This document shows, in pieces, positions 34,341-47,314 of a stretch of DNA of 64,000 nucleotides. Both the position numbers and the translations under genes were made by a program. Origin of the DNA: the human T2T-CHM13v2.0 reference genome, Homo sapiens; NCBI RefSeq assembly GCF_009914755.1, contig NC_060935.1; one strand, 5' to 3'. The notes below the pieces were generated by a model that was given only the letters and a program-made list of their open reading frames with translations, did no database searches and was not told the origin of the DNA. Each line of letters opens with the position of its first letter. Positions within the stretch are counted from its first letter, which is position 1.

Positions 34341-35799
34341 TTTTCTCTTGTGCAACAATGTGAATATACTTAACAATACTGAACTGTACACTTAATGGTT
34401 GAGATGGCAAATTTTATGTTACATGTATTTTACCACAATTAAAAAAATGGGTCCTTATTTGCTAGGAAAAATTTTTGTTTACCAGTTAGTTTTATGCTAT
34501 TTGATCAGAAAAAGAACATTTTATTTACTTCTATGCTCTGTTAGAGCTTACTTCATTGTCAAGATTGAAGGATAATATGTGGTGAAATACAGAACGGAGC
34601 CCGTGTGTGCAGATACCCTAGGAAAGCCAACTAAGCTACTGTGCCAGAATTTGCAAACCACAGAAATGAACTAACTATGGATAACTTAAGCAATAGACAA
34701 AATGTACTGGAAGGCAGTGCGGTCAGTTGTAAATCTGGAAGAGAAGCCCTACACCTAAGCTATGAGAAGGACAGGGCCCAGGGCAGCTTCAGGGAATCTG
34801 TCTGGGTGCAGGATTCACTAGGCAGTGTCTCCAGAGCCCCATGGCCAGGATGAATCCACCTATAACCCCTCCAGTGTTTTTGGGAGAGTGTCTGATAGGC
34901 CAAGCTTGGGTCCTGTACTCTTCTCTCAGCCCAGGCAGCTTGAGGCAACCTATGTGACATCTCATGAAGATTGTACACAAAGGGAAGAGGCAGTTTCTTG
35001 TCCCCAGAAGTAGGGTGATGGGATGCTGGGCAGGTAAGAACAATAGATATCCACTTTAGCTGCAAGGTAGATACTGCCTCCTGCTGTCTAAAATCAAAAT
35101 ACAAAGAGCTAAACAAACAACAAAATGCTTAAATCACCACTTTTGCTTACTGTGAACCTTAGGGAAATCATTTAATCTCTGTTTTGTCTTCTACAAAATG
35201 AAGAACTTGAATTTAATGACATAACTTCCTTTTCATTCTAGCATCATATTTATATATTTCCTTATGTTTTAAAAGGGTCTTTGAACGCTTGTTCACATAT
35301 ACTTAATTTTTTGCCTGGATTGTGGATTCTCCTCTCATTTGATCTATTCTTGGAATGGCTTCCTAAGGCTGCAGGATAGTTCCGAATTTCGGGATATTGA
35401 TCTGCTTTTAGGGTATGTGTGGGAAGGATAATTTTTATCAGTAAGAAAGTAAATTTCAATTGTTCATCTCCCTATAGAGAAAGCCATTCATGGGTGTTGG
35501 GAGTGTGGAGAAGGAGGAAGAAAGAGAAGGCTGAAACAGCAAAGCCCTTGCCAGCTCCGTGTTCTGCTAAAAGGTTAAACCTTGCATAGAGAGTGCTTCA
35601 CCCAGAGAAACACAGTGGGTTTCTACGTGTGGAAAGGGAGGACCTGAGCTGAAGGACATCAGGAAAATGAGTTTCTGGGGAAGTGAGAAGGAGTGGGGTT
35701 TAAAGACAAGAGGAGTTGGGAGACAGGTGGCAAGAGGCTGCAGCCTGCAGAAGCAGGTGGCCAATGAGAAATTCCTGATCAGGGATAAGTAAAGGATTT

Positions 35800-36096
35800 G
35801 GGCTGGGTGCGGTGGCTCACACCTGCAATCCTAGCACTTTGGGAGGCTGAGGCTGGTGGATCACTTGAGGTCAGGAGTTCAAGACCAGCCTGGCCAATAG
35901 GGTGAAACCCCATCTCTACTAAAAATACAAAAATTAGCCAGGGATGGTGGCATGTGCCTATAATCCCAGCTACTTGGGAGGCTGAGGCAGGAGAATCGCT
36001 TGAACCCACGAGGCGGTGGTTGCAGTGAGCCGAGATCGCGTGCCACTGTACACCAGCCTGGGTAACAATGACACTGCCTCCAAAAAAAAAAAAAAA
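35800..36096 (+). mobile_element. AluS
   Basis: Full dimer, poly(A), TSD AAAGGATTTG. Confidence 0.92.
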
Positions 36097-36700
36097 GGAT
36101 TTGAAGGATGGGGATAATATCCATAATATCCAATTTTAGTTTTGTTCAATTTCATGACCCTTGCACAGTAGAAAATTCCACTATTTATGCAAATCTCCAG
36201 CAACATCTACATTCTCATTAAAGCCTGTAGCACTGGTCTGTAGAAAGTTAAAGAGAACAGGGTGAGACCAACATCTGCGTTGGCATGGGGAAAAGGGAAG
36301 GGAACCTAGAGAGTGGCTGCAGCAGGAGAGGTTGCAGGAAAATCAGGAGGTGAGGGGCAGGTAGGAACTTGGAGCTGGAAGTGACCGTGAGGTGGTAAGT
36401 CTTAAGTTGTTGGAAATTCTCAGACATTTGTGGGAAGAATTGGACTTTCCAGAGGACTCAGTGTGAGAGCACGGGCCACAAAGGTAAGGGGAAATTAGTG
36501 TAACTTTGGGCCACACTAATGAACAATAAAGAGGTGGAGCTCCCACCTTCCCTCTTGGGTGGAAGGGTGAGGTGCTGCGGAAGACCTCAAAATAGTGTGG
36601 TGGGATTCTTTTTTTGTCTTAGTCTTTCGTTTCATTGTATAGTATGTCTTCACAGAAAGAGTGCTCCAAACTATAAATAAATTTACCATGGAATAAACAT

Positions 36701-36729
36701 TTTATTTATTTGTGTATGTAACATTTATT
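36701..36729 (-). terminator. MMP7: MMP7 polyadenylation signals
   Basis: AATAAA on the minus strand at 36724-36729, 36705-36710 and 36701-36706, about 220-245 nt downstream of the stop codon. Confidence 0.85.
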
Positions 36730-36945
36730 GACATCTACCCACTGCAAGTATAGATGAATAAGACACAGTCACACCATAAAGGAGTTTATCCTTAAAAGGA
36801 GTGAAAGACATTCAAAAACCAACTGCAATAAAAAAGGGTGACATAATTGCTAAATGGAGTGGAAGAACAGTGCTTATCAATTCTGATTGTGCAACAATGA
36901 TATACAATCCAATGAATGAATGAATGGATGTTCTGCCTGAAGTTT

Positions 36946-36974
36946 CTATTTCTTTCTTGAATTACTTCTCTTTC
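36946..36974 (-). CDS. MMP7: MMP7 exon 6 coding part (GKRSNSRKK-stop)
   Basis: Pyrimidine tract plus AG acceptor at 36976-36975; phase 1; TAG at 36948-36946; total CDS 804 nt. Confidence 0.96.
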
Positions 36975-37365
36975 CTATTGAGAGAAAAAAAAAGAACATT
37001 CTGATATGTAGAAAATGCATAAAAACCATCCTAAGATTATACAGGCAAAGGAAATGTCACAGAAAGTATAATCTATTATTCACTCAGACCATTTCTTGTC
37101 CCTGGGACAAAGATTCTGAAGAACAACCTCCAGAGGCTAAGAAGGCAGGATTGACTGGAGTGTGGGCCCAGGGCTCAGGTACCTTTGCATCTTGTTTCTA
37201 CCAGTTTACTAGATGTGTGACCTTAGGTAGTTTACTACTTAACCTCTCTTAGCATCAGATTACAAATCTGTAAAATGTGGATAATAATGTCTCATTGAAT
37301 TCTTGAATTAAATGAGTTAATCCATGTGAAGTCTTGGGATACTGCAAGTACTCAATGCATGTTAG

Positions 37366-37663
37366 CTATTATTTATTTATTTTTTGAGATGGAGTCTCAC
37401 TCTGTTGCCCAGGCTGGATTGCAGCGGTGTGATCTTGACTCACTGCAACCTCTGCCTCCTGGGTTCCGGCAATTCTCATGCTTCAGCCTCCTGAGTTGCT
37501 GGGACTACAGACATGCACCTTCACGCCCGGCTAATTTTTGTATTTTTAGTAGACATGGGGTTTTACCATGTTGTCCAGGTCTCGAGCTCCTGGCCTCAAG
37601 CGATCCCCAACCACCTTGGCCTCCCGAAGTGCTGGGTAAAGGCGTGAGCCACCGCGCCCAGCC
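37366..37663 (-). mobile_element. Alu in MMP7 intron 5 (sense to the gene)
   Basis: Reverse dimer; TSD AGCTATTATTT. Confidence 0.9.
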
Positions 37664-39409
37664 AGCTATTATTTTTATCATTCTGAGTATAGCATTAGGA
37701 ATCTTGTATCTTAATCACTTTCTTTGGAATCTATGTTTTCTGCTCATATTACTTTTTAGATTAACTCCCTACATATACAGCCCACATAATTAAATTCTAT
37801 TTCCATTTGTCCAGAAGTGACTTGTTTCCAACTCTGACCAGAGATGCCCTTTTGTCTAATACTTAAGGTTTTAATGCACTAGTCTCTTTTCTTCCTGTTA
37901 AATTTAATCAGCATGCCTCAGACCTTCTTTAGTCTCTTTGTATTTTTCTTAGGGTTCTAAAATATTTATAGACTGCTATAGAATATTCCATGAGTTCCAC
38001 AGTTTTATGTAAGGGGAGGATAGTATTTTCAGTTTTGTTCATGATAACTTTACGAACAATAGTCAGCATTTTGTGAATCTTTTGGACAGCAGTGTTTCTT
38101 TACGTCGTAACTTTTGGGAATAGTTACACAGCATTTTCCAAAGTGTGTTCTCTGAAGTGCTAGTTTATGGGACTCATTGAGACCCATAAAAAGGATTATA
38201 ATTTAGGAAACACTGAGTTAAACATTTGTTCAATACTCCATACTCTCTAATAGTCTATACACCTGAAATACAGTAGGTAGTGTTTCTTGAACTTATTTCT
38301 CCATAGCCTCCTTTTCTGGGAATCACCCTGTAGGACTAGTGTTCTGAGAATACAGTTTGGGACATGCTGATTTATAGCAAATGCTAGGTTGAACTGATAT
38401 CTTAAATCCAGTGTCTTACTGGAATATTTCTCCCCTGAGGACAGTCCTCTATTATGTGGAAGCACTTTCATTGCTCACGTGATCATTTGAAGACTCTTAA
38501 GTGATCTTTTTGCAGTGTATTCTCTTCATCCTGATATTTTTACTGGCTAGGTTTAGTTATATCTGCTGATTTAAAGATGTCATTCTGTATTCTTTTATTC
38601 TTACTAGGATAAAAAGCTTACTGGGTAGTGATAGGCAGGAATATGTCGTAGAAAAAGTATGAAGTCACATAGCCCTCACTTGGAATCATGGCTCAAGCAC
38701 TCGACAGTCACATGACCTTGGACAGTCCACTTAGCCTCTTTGAATCTTACTTTCCTTATCTTTATCCAGAGACAGAGCTTTTTATTCTTGTCCTTTGATT
38801 TCTTTCTCAAATACTACTTTTGGCTGACTCAATACAGTAAATCCAAATCAGTGCACTTAAAAAAACTGAATTTGGAACTTGATTAAACCAAAAAAGCATA
38901 GACTGGGGCAAGGGATATACATAAGTATCAAGACCAGGAATGATAAGCAGTTTCTGTCCGTGGTTAACCGCTTTCTCTACATGTATGTGCAAACAGGAAG
39001 AGCAGGGTCACTTATAATTATCTAGGATTGAATCCTTAGGAGTGGGCAGCTATGAAGAAAGGTGTTTTGTCCCTTCAGTCCACCCCTACAGGGGACACTC
39101 TCCTAAACTATTTAAACTGAGAGAGGAAGAGCAGTGGGTGGCAGCTTGAAGAAAATCTGGACAATATCATTTGCATAATTTTACCACATGATACTATGTT
39201 ACTGAAACTCACAATCAACATCTTCATAGTATATTACAGCCTAGTTATATTTTAAGTATCTAAGGTCCCCAATTCCTCCCCTCAATAGGCTTTTTGATAT
39301 GAGTTCCAGTGTGGTTTTCCAGGTAAATACCCATTTCCCAGCCTTTCTTTTCCTACCCCACTCTAAAAAGAAAATGGGAAATCCTCTTATTTGAAATAAT
39401 AAATATTAC

Positions 39410-39571
39410 CATATAGTTTCTGAATGCCTTTAATATCATCCTGGGAAAGTTTAAAATTTTGGGGATCTCCATTTCCATAGGTTGGATACATCACTGCATT
39501 AGGATCAGAGGAATGTCCCATACCCAAAGAATGGCCAAGTTCATGAGTTGCAGCATACAGGAAGTTAATCC
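39410..39571 (-). CDS. MMP7: MMP7 exon 5 (zinc-binding HELGHSLGMGH and Met-turn AVMYP)
   Basis: 162 bp, AG/GT boundaries; GINFLYAATHELGHSLGMGHSSDPNAVMYPTYGNGDPQNFKLSQDDIKGIQKLY. Confidence 0.98.
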
Positions 39572-41069
39572 CTACAACCGAAGAAGTGACAAACAGTAAT
39601 GATAAAAATAGCTACATACATTATGTAATATTATATATATGATATCATAATTTAAAAAAACTAAAGAAAAATACCCAAGTTTTAGCCCACGGTAGCTTAC
39701 TTATTTGTTTCTAGGCTTTCAAAAGTGGAAAGGGGTTAGAAGGTTAATCAGAATAGGAGTGCTTTAATCTCATCACTACTTCTGCTTATTAAAAATGTGT
39801 AATTTTTTTTATTTGCTTCTTTCATTCAGGCAGCAATACTCTGCAGTGGAAAGCAAAGGTTTTAAAAGCACTAAGACCTAGGTTTGAAATGTAGCTCCAC
39901 TACTTACTAGCTGGACAACTCTGGACAGATTAATTGATGTTGCTGAGTCTCAGTTTCTCATCTGTTAAACAGAGACAGTAATTTCTGCCCTCTAGATTTG
40001 TCATGATAGCTAGAGTTTCTCAATATTTGGGAAGTCACGGCCATTCAATAAATGTTAGTGACTTTGGATATCAGAAGAGAGAATGGTGGCTTTGAGAAAG
40101 CGAAGATTGAAAGGCAGGGTCTCTAGGCAATGCTGGGCTTTGTTTTTGATTTTGATTCATTAACTTGTATTACATATATCCTTTGTTCTCCCTCATACTC
40201 ATTGAAAGGCTTTGCAAGTATGTGGAAGGTGTGAGCCCGTGCGTTTGAGGAGTGGCCTGAGCTCTGGTGGCGTTGCATTGAATTGAAGGAAGCTGCCTTT
40301 AACCTACCTTAAGTGGGAAGAAAGAAGAATGAAAAGAATATGCCAGATGCAAATGGGAGGCAGCATCACAATTTAACATAGATTTTCACAGCAAGACAGC
40401 AAGCTATGGTGAATTCCTTTTGCCAAACACAAGTACAAATTTCCCTTTTAGGGCCAGTTGGTAGCCTTAAAAAAATTGTCTCTAATTGGGATTATTTATG
40501 CCAGAGCTCTTCTCCATTAGTTCTCTCATGTGCCTATAATATCCTACTATGTAAAATGATAAATATGATATACTAAATCATGGAGTTGGTTCTTTCTGGA
40601 AAATAGTGAATAATTCCAGAATTGCATATACTTCTCAAATATCATAGTTTCTACTTCTCTTTCTTTTCCATTTGGGGCATGTATTTTTTGGAAATATGAA
40701 GAAAGAGCTATAATTTAATTAATTATTAATACATTCCAAGCACTGTATAAGCATTATCTCATTTAATTTAAAGACTCCTTGATGTGGGAACTATTTATAT
40801 TTCCATTCCACAGAGGAGGAAACTGAGGCTCAGAGAAATTCAATAACTTGCCCAATGACACAGAGTAATTGGTAGACGTACAGCAAATTGGATCAGTGGT
40901 GCTTGACTCCATAGCCTGAGTGTCCATCTTCTGTGTGGGTAGCATTATGAGTATATTACATGAAATAATGCATTTCAGGCATATAGTACAGTGTTTGGCA
41001 CTTAGCAAGGGCTCAATACTTATTATAAATTAATATAATTATTTAACTTAGTGTAAGTCCAGGATTTTA

Positions 41070-41261
<192 letters not shown>

Positions 41262-41344
41262 TTAGTGACTGATTTTTTTTTTCTCCAGTCATTTTATTTT
41301 TCAGTTTATACGATTATTGAGGCTAGAAAAAGCAGCCCAGTCCA

Positions 41345-41691
<347 letters not shown>

Positions 41692-42391
41692 TCACAGGGT
41701 AGTTTGGGTGCTTTCTTGGCCCAGACACTTTTCCTTTCACAGAACCATTGCTCATCACTGATAATCACCATATATTGAAAGCTTACTGGATACAGGACTT
41801 AAAATGCAGTTATATCTAACTTAAGGTTGCATTTAAGCTTTTGTTAAATTTGACCACTTTGCTCGGCCAAAGGGTGGTGGGAGGGAGAATGAATATGAAT
41901 ACCACATTTGGCAAGTAATTTGTGCACCATTTCATAGGTTTTTTTTTTTTTTTTTCTTAAAAACCTAGCTTATTCTTCGTGGGCATAGTAAATAGTCTCT
42001 TAGAGAGCCATGCTCAAGATCTCTTAAAATGGCTTTTTATAGTCCTTTAATGTGTGATGCAGAGCTGGTTATCTTCGAGGTGATATGAGGCCAGTCCAGT
42101 TTATCTAGCTCTTAAAAAACTTGTAGTGCCATGATTAGTGCTTTCCCATAACATTTTCTTCGGTGTTGTCAATATTGTGGGTTGAAGTTCAAATTTCAGC
42201 TACAGTAGCCGGACCATTCCACATAGAACAGACTGAAATGGGCAACATTTTTCTCTAAATTTGCACCATGAAACACTAGCAATTAAGAACAATTTATGTA
42301 TATGGGTTTTATATATACATATATACACACACACACATATATAACACATATACTAAAAAAATGGGTTTTACATATAGAAAAACCCACGTAA

Positions 42392-42736
<345 letters not shown>

Positions 42737-42885
42737 TGAAAGTTTCCATTTCCTACTTCCTTGCCACATGAAAGGCATTAGCAACAGGTCATATACCACT
42801 TCTCAGGGGACTCTTGAGGCCTTTGGAAGCTGCGACTCTTTCTGTTGATTTAATATCGATGTTAGGTAGATATATTGTAAACATA

Positions 42886-43275
42886 TAGTCATGTGCTACA
42901 TAATGATCTTTCAGTAAACAGATCACATATACAATGGTCCTATAAGATTATAATGGAGCTGAAAAATTCCTATAGCCTAGTGATATAGTAGTTGTGATAA
43001 TGTCATAGCTCAATACATTACCTTTTCAATGTTTAAGTACGTTTAGACACACAAATACTTGCCACTGTGTTACAGTTGCCTACCGTATTCAGTATAGTAA
43101 CATGCTGTATAGATTTACAGCCTAGGAGCAATAGGCTATACTATGTAGCCTAGGTGGATAGTGGGCTGTATCACCTGGGTTTGTGTAAGTGTATTCTATG
43201 ATGTTAGCACAGTGACAAGATTGCCAAAGTTCTCATTCTCAGAGTGTATTCCCATTGTTAAGCAGTGCATGACTG
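42886..43275. mobile_element. Tigger3/Golem-type non-autonomous DNA transposon
   Basis: Terminal inverted repeats (T/C)AGTCATG...CATGACTG flanked by TA. Confidence 0.85.
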
Positions 43276-43305
43276 TATATATAAATAATAATTCACGTTA
43301 CAAAA

Positions 43306-43507
43306 CAGGGGTTGGCAAACTTTTTCTGTAAAGGGTCAGATAACAAGTGTTTAAGCTTTGTGATCTCTGTCACAGTTGCAGCCTGAGCCCAAACAGTCAT
43401 AGGTAATAGGGAAATGAAGGAGCCTGACTGTGTTCCAGTAAAACTTTATTTACAAAAACAGAAGGTGGGCTGGATTTGGCTCATGCATCATAGTTTGCCA
43501 ACTGCTG
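43306..43507. mobile_element. MER58A-type hAT element
   Basis: TIRs CAGGGGTTGGCAAACT...AGTTTGCCAACTGCTG; near-matching 8-bp flanks TTACAAAA/CTATAAAA. Confidence 0.85.
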
Positions 43508-43695
43508 CTATAAAAAGTGGCTCTATATTACCAGATTATAAAAATTATAATAATATTGCTAAATCTATCTATTAACTATCTATCTACCAATCATATCTCA
43601 TTAAAGGATTTTAATCTTCATAAGAAAAGAGCACTGATATAAACCATGAACAAACAAAACAGGACACAGGATTAGCCTACAGGAATCTTTCTTAC

Positions 43696-43844
43696 CTCCT
43701 CGCGCAAAGCCAATCATGATGTCAGCAGTTCCCCATACAACTTTCCTGAAATGCAGGGGGATCTCTTTGCCCCACATGTTTAAAGCCTTTGACACTAATC
43801 GATCCACTGTAATATGCGGTAAGTCTCGAGTATATGATACGATC
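43696..43844 (-). CDS. MMP7: MMP7 exon 3
   Basis: 149 bp, AG/GT boundaries; IVSYTRDLPHITVDRLVSKALNMWGKEIPLHFRKVVWGTADIMIGFARG. Confidence 0.98.
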
Positions 43845-43929
43845 CTAGTAGCAAACAAGAAAACAATGTTTGACTCCTTAGGAAACAGGCTTTATTGTTT
43901 TTGCCAAAATGAGCCAGAGCAAAACTAAC

Positions 43930-44156
43930 CTGTAGGTGACCACTTTGGAAGTCCATTTTGGGCTATTTGGAAATAGTGAGTATTCTGCAACATCTGGCAC
44001 TCCACATCTGGGCTTCTGCATTATTTCTATGACGTGGGAGTTTAACATTCCAGTTATAGGTAGGCCAAAGAATTTTTGCATCTCCTTGAGTTTGGCTTCT
44101 AAACTGTTGGCATTTTTTGTTTCTGAGTCATAGAGATAAAATCTCTTGAGATAGTC
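43930..44156 (-). CDS. MMP7: MMP7 exon 2 (propeptide with cysteine switch PRCGVPD; mature N-terminus YSLFP)
   Basis: 227 bp, AG/GT boundaries; DYLKRFYLYDSETKNANSLEAKLKEMQKFFGLPITGMLNSHVIEIMQKPRCGVPDVAEYSLFPNSPKWTSKVVTYR. Confidence 0.98.
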
Positions 44157-44994
44157 CTATTGAAAAGAGAGTAATTAATCTATAGTTCTTGTTTATTATA
44201 TTCTTTTATCTTAGAAGCCTATATATCTCTTGCCTTTGGTTCCTGTGAATTCAAATAATGATTTGAAGACAGAATAATTACATAGTCACAGAGAAAAATA
44301 AGTGTGCATTAGTGAGGAGAAAATTTAATATTGCTAATGAAGCACTGGCGTGCCATTTCGTGAGCAAAAGAAAAGAATCCCTCAATTTTTAAAAAATCCA
44401 TTTAAATGTTTTGGGGAGAATTACACTATACACTTTATAAAGCCTAGAAGTGTGTAAGAGCAATCAGGAAGCATGTACCAGTCTGTCCTCAGGGGTACGA
44501 CTGGGACATTCTCTGTGTTATCATAGACCCTGTGGGGGAGATCTGAGGTCAACCAGCCCTATCTAAAGTCCAGCTGAGATGCGGTTCCAGCTAAAAGTTA
44601 AAGGGTCTTAAAATTTTAGCTCTGGGAAAAGATATTAGGAAATTATTAAATAGTTCAATTTAATAATCCGGTGAAGGAACCAAAGCTTATAGCAACTAAA
44701 TGATTTATGTGCCCAGGTTCACACCTTAAATTAGTAGCAGAACTGGACTTGACTTTCCTGACTCCTAGGTCCTCTTTTCCCTCTTTCTGCTCATTCCATT
44801 CCCAGCCCTTCTTTCTGCTGTTAAATCTCTAGTCAAACCCACTTTGGGAGATTGCAGTATACAGTAGGACTCCCAGGTTTATTCCATGCAAGGTTGGATT
44901 CCTGGGAATTTCTCTAAAGGTTCTCAGTATCTGAATATGAGGATAGGAATCCAGCAGCACAAATACAACAACAACAAAAGTGAATGAACTAACA

Positions 44995-45215
44995 ACAATA
45001 GCAACCTCACAGGAACATTTTTAAGCACTTACTAGAGCCAGGCACTTACATATTTATTTTATGTAAACCTCATAACCACTCTATGAAACAAGTATGGCAT
45101 TGTTATCCCTATTTTATACATGAAGAAACACAGCTCAGAGAAGTGAAATAAATTGCACAAGATCACCTTGTGAGTAACTGAAGGAACCAGTATTTGAACT
45201 CAAGTGTTCTGACTT
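44995..45215 (-). mobile_element. MIR in intron 1 (similar MIR remnants at about 37180-37365, 39840-40060, 40730-40930, 46430-46605, 52670-52860, 58630-58850)
   Basis: Core TATCCCTATTTTATACATGAAGAAACACAGCTCAGAGAAGTGAAATAAATTGCACAAGATCAC. Confidence 0.75.
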
Positions 45216-45683
45216 CTATACATTAGAAACATGTGTAGGGTTATATGATGCCTGATAATATTGTTGTTAAAATGATTTAAACATTGGCTCACTAATTTGC
45301 AGTTTATTTGGAGTAGATGGTAATGGTTACCTGTCTTAGGACCGCCCAGGAATATGCAATTTATGTAAGAAATCTTATTAATATTGTGTCTTTTTTTCCT
45401 GTTACCAACAATTGTCTCATTAAATACAACAAATACTTATTGTTCATCCATGACAATTGATAACTGATCCTTTATTTAAAAACAAATAACCCATTTAATC
45501 CCTTCTAGAGCTACAGACTTTACCAAGACACCCTCTGGAAGAAATCTCTCTGCTTTGTTGAGATGACTTTTCCTGTTTTTTTGTTAAACCTAGCTAACAT
45601 CCCTCCAAGTGAAGACTAAGTTTCTGCCAACCTTCACTCTAAGTAAAGAAACTAAACGCAGAGTACTCTTTCTGGAGAATTCA

Positions 45684-45761
45684 TTAGGTGGAACCATATA
45701 AAACTACTGTTTTGGAGATTTTAAAAGTTAAATACTAGTAACTTTATGTGGTTCAATCTAA
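45684..45761. mobile_element. MADE2-type mariner MITE
   Basis: 78-bp imperfect palindrome TTAGGTGGAACCATATAAAA...TTTATGTGGTTCAATCTAA. Confidence 0.75.
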
Positions 45762-46765
45762 CTTATTATAACTGGAAATTTTTAAAAGTCTAAGTTAATG
45801 TGAATTAAAAATTGACTTTTCTTATGCTTAAGGCCTAAATTTACAAATAATAGTTATAAGTAATCATCCCATTAGTTAACCAAATAATAATTAGTAGACT
45901 GCTTATATTTATTAGACTGCTTATTAAGAAGCATATTGCAAGGAACATGATTTTTGAACCAGAAGCACTTGTCCTTGATTTCTATCTCTACCACTAATAA
46001 GTACACTAATCAGTTTAACTTTGGTTTCCTCTTTTTATAGAACTAAGGATTAAATGACACAATGTTTATATAAGTACTTTATAATCTACAATTGTTACAT
46101 ACATGCTAGTTGGTTTTGTTATCACCTCATTTACTTACTAGAATACCCCATGAGGTATAAAACACATAATATTATTTTTTCTACTGGACACATGAGAAAA
46201 CAAAGTCAGTTGTTAATGCCTTGTCTATTGTCATTGACTTGTTGGAGAGTTGTAATTTCTACCCATGTTTTCTGACTTCAGATATCTCCATTACAAACAG
46301 TATTGTAAATACACAAACAGTATATTTACAGGTTGTATCTTAAGAGGCAATATTCTGTATACTATAGAAAAAGAATCTCAAGTTATAATAAATAAAAATA
46401 AGAACTTAATTTAAACAATGTTTCAGGTATTGTGTTGAATGCTTCACAACACCCTCATTTGGTTGATACCATTCTTATCTCCAACTTCCAAATTGGAAAC
46501 CTGAAGCTTAGAGAAGTTTGATGAACTTCCTGAGTCTATCTACATAGTGAGTGGAGGGTTGGAACTCAAGCCCGATTTGAGCAGATTCTGAAACCTGCTT
46601 TTAATGGCTACTTGATGAAAACATATATTGCTTTTATAATCCGAAGAACCACCCCAAAGAAAATTCCACTGCAATGCTAACATGGGAAGGGAAATAATTG
46701 AAAAACACATTTCTTAATGCAGATGGCAAAAGAATGGAACCCTAAGTAAGTGGGCTGTGACATAC

Positions 46766-46873
46766 CTGAGCCTGTTCCCACTGTAGCTCACTCATGCCTC
46801 CCGCCTCCTGAGGCAGCGGCAGGGCCAGGCTGCCAGGCAGCAGGCACACAGCACACAGCACGGTGAGTCGCAT
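46766..46873 (-). CDS. MMP7: MMP7 exon 1 coding part (signal peptide and start of propeptide)
   Basis: ATG at 46873-46871; MRLTVLCAVCLLPGSLALPLPQEAGGMSELQWEQAQ; donor CAG/GTATGT. Confidence 0.98.
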
Positions 46874-46919
46874 AGCTGCCGTCCAGAGACAATTGTTCTT
46901 GGACCTATGGTTGATTTGG

Positions 46920-47115
46920 TGTTTTCTGCTAGTGACTGCAGAAATTTATATAGCTTCTCAGCCTCGAATGTGGAAATAGGTGACTCATTTGAGTGTTTTC
47001 TTTCTTTTTAGAGTCTACAGAACTTTGAAAGTATGTGTTATTTTTCATTAACTAAAACGAGGAAGTATTACATCGTTATTGGCAGGAAGCACACAATGTA
47101 TTTGTCTTTCAAAGG
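46920..47115 (-). promoter_or_regulatory. MMP7: MMP7 proximal promoter
   Basis: TATATAAA 46952-46945; AP-1 TGAGTCA 46987-46981; ETS/PEA3 GGAA cores at about 46972, 47061 and 47085; TCF/LEF-type CTTTGAA at 47023-47029 (+) and 47108-47114 (-). TSS about 46920, inferred from TATA spacing and the recalled mRNA 5' end. Confidence 0.9.
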
Positions 47116-47211
47116 ATTTTTTTTTCTGTCTGCTGCATAAATTGACTCCATGAGAAACCTCATTTTTTTGCCAAAGTCAAATGACTGCTCTCATAGGTAT
47201 CATTCAGGACA

Positions 47212-47314
47212 TTATGGTACCATATATTCTTAAAGAATAATATATATTCTTAAATATATATTCTTATTATATGGTACCATGTATTCTTAAATACATGGTA
47301 CCATATATTCTTAA
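47212..47314. repeat. Mixed direct and inverted repeat cluster with three GGTACC palindromes
   Basis: ATGGTACCATATATTCTTAA at 47214-47233 and 47295-47314; perfect 18-bp inverted repeat 47268-47285/47290-47307. Confidence 0.9.

Noticed and set aside
47212-47314. Repeat cluster as a CRISPR-like array or a KpnI cloning artefact
   Set aside because: No unique spacers or regular period, eukaryotic context, no vector sequence; the units are rearrangements of the same local AT-rich motif
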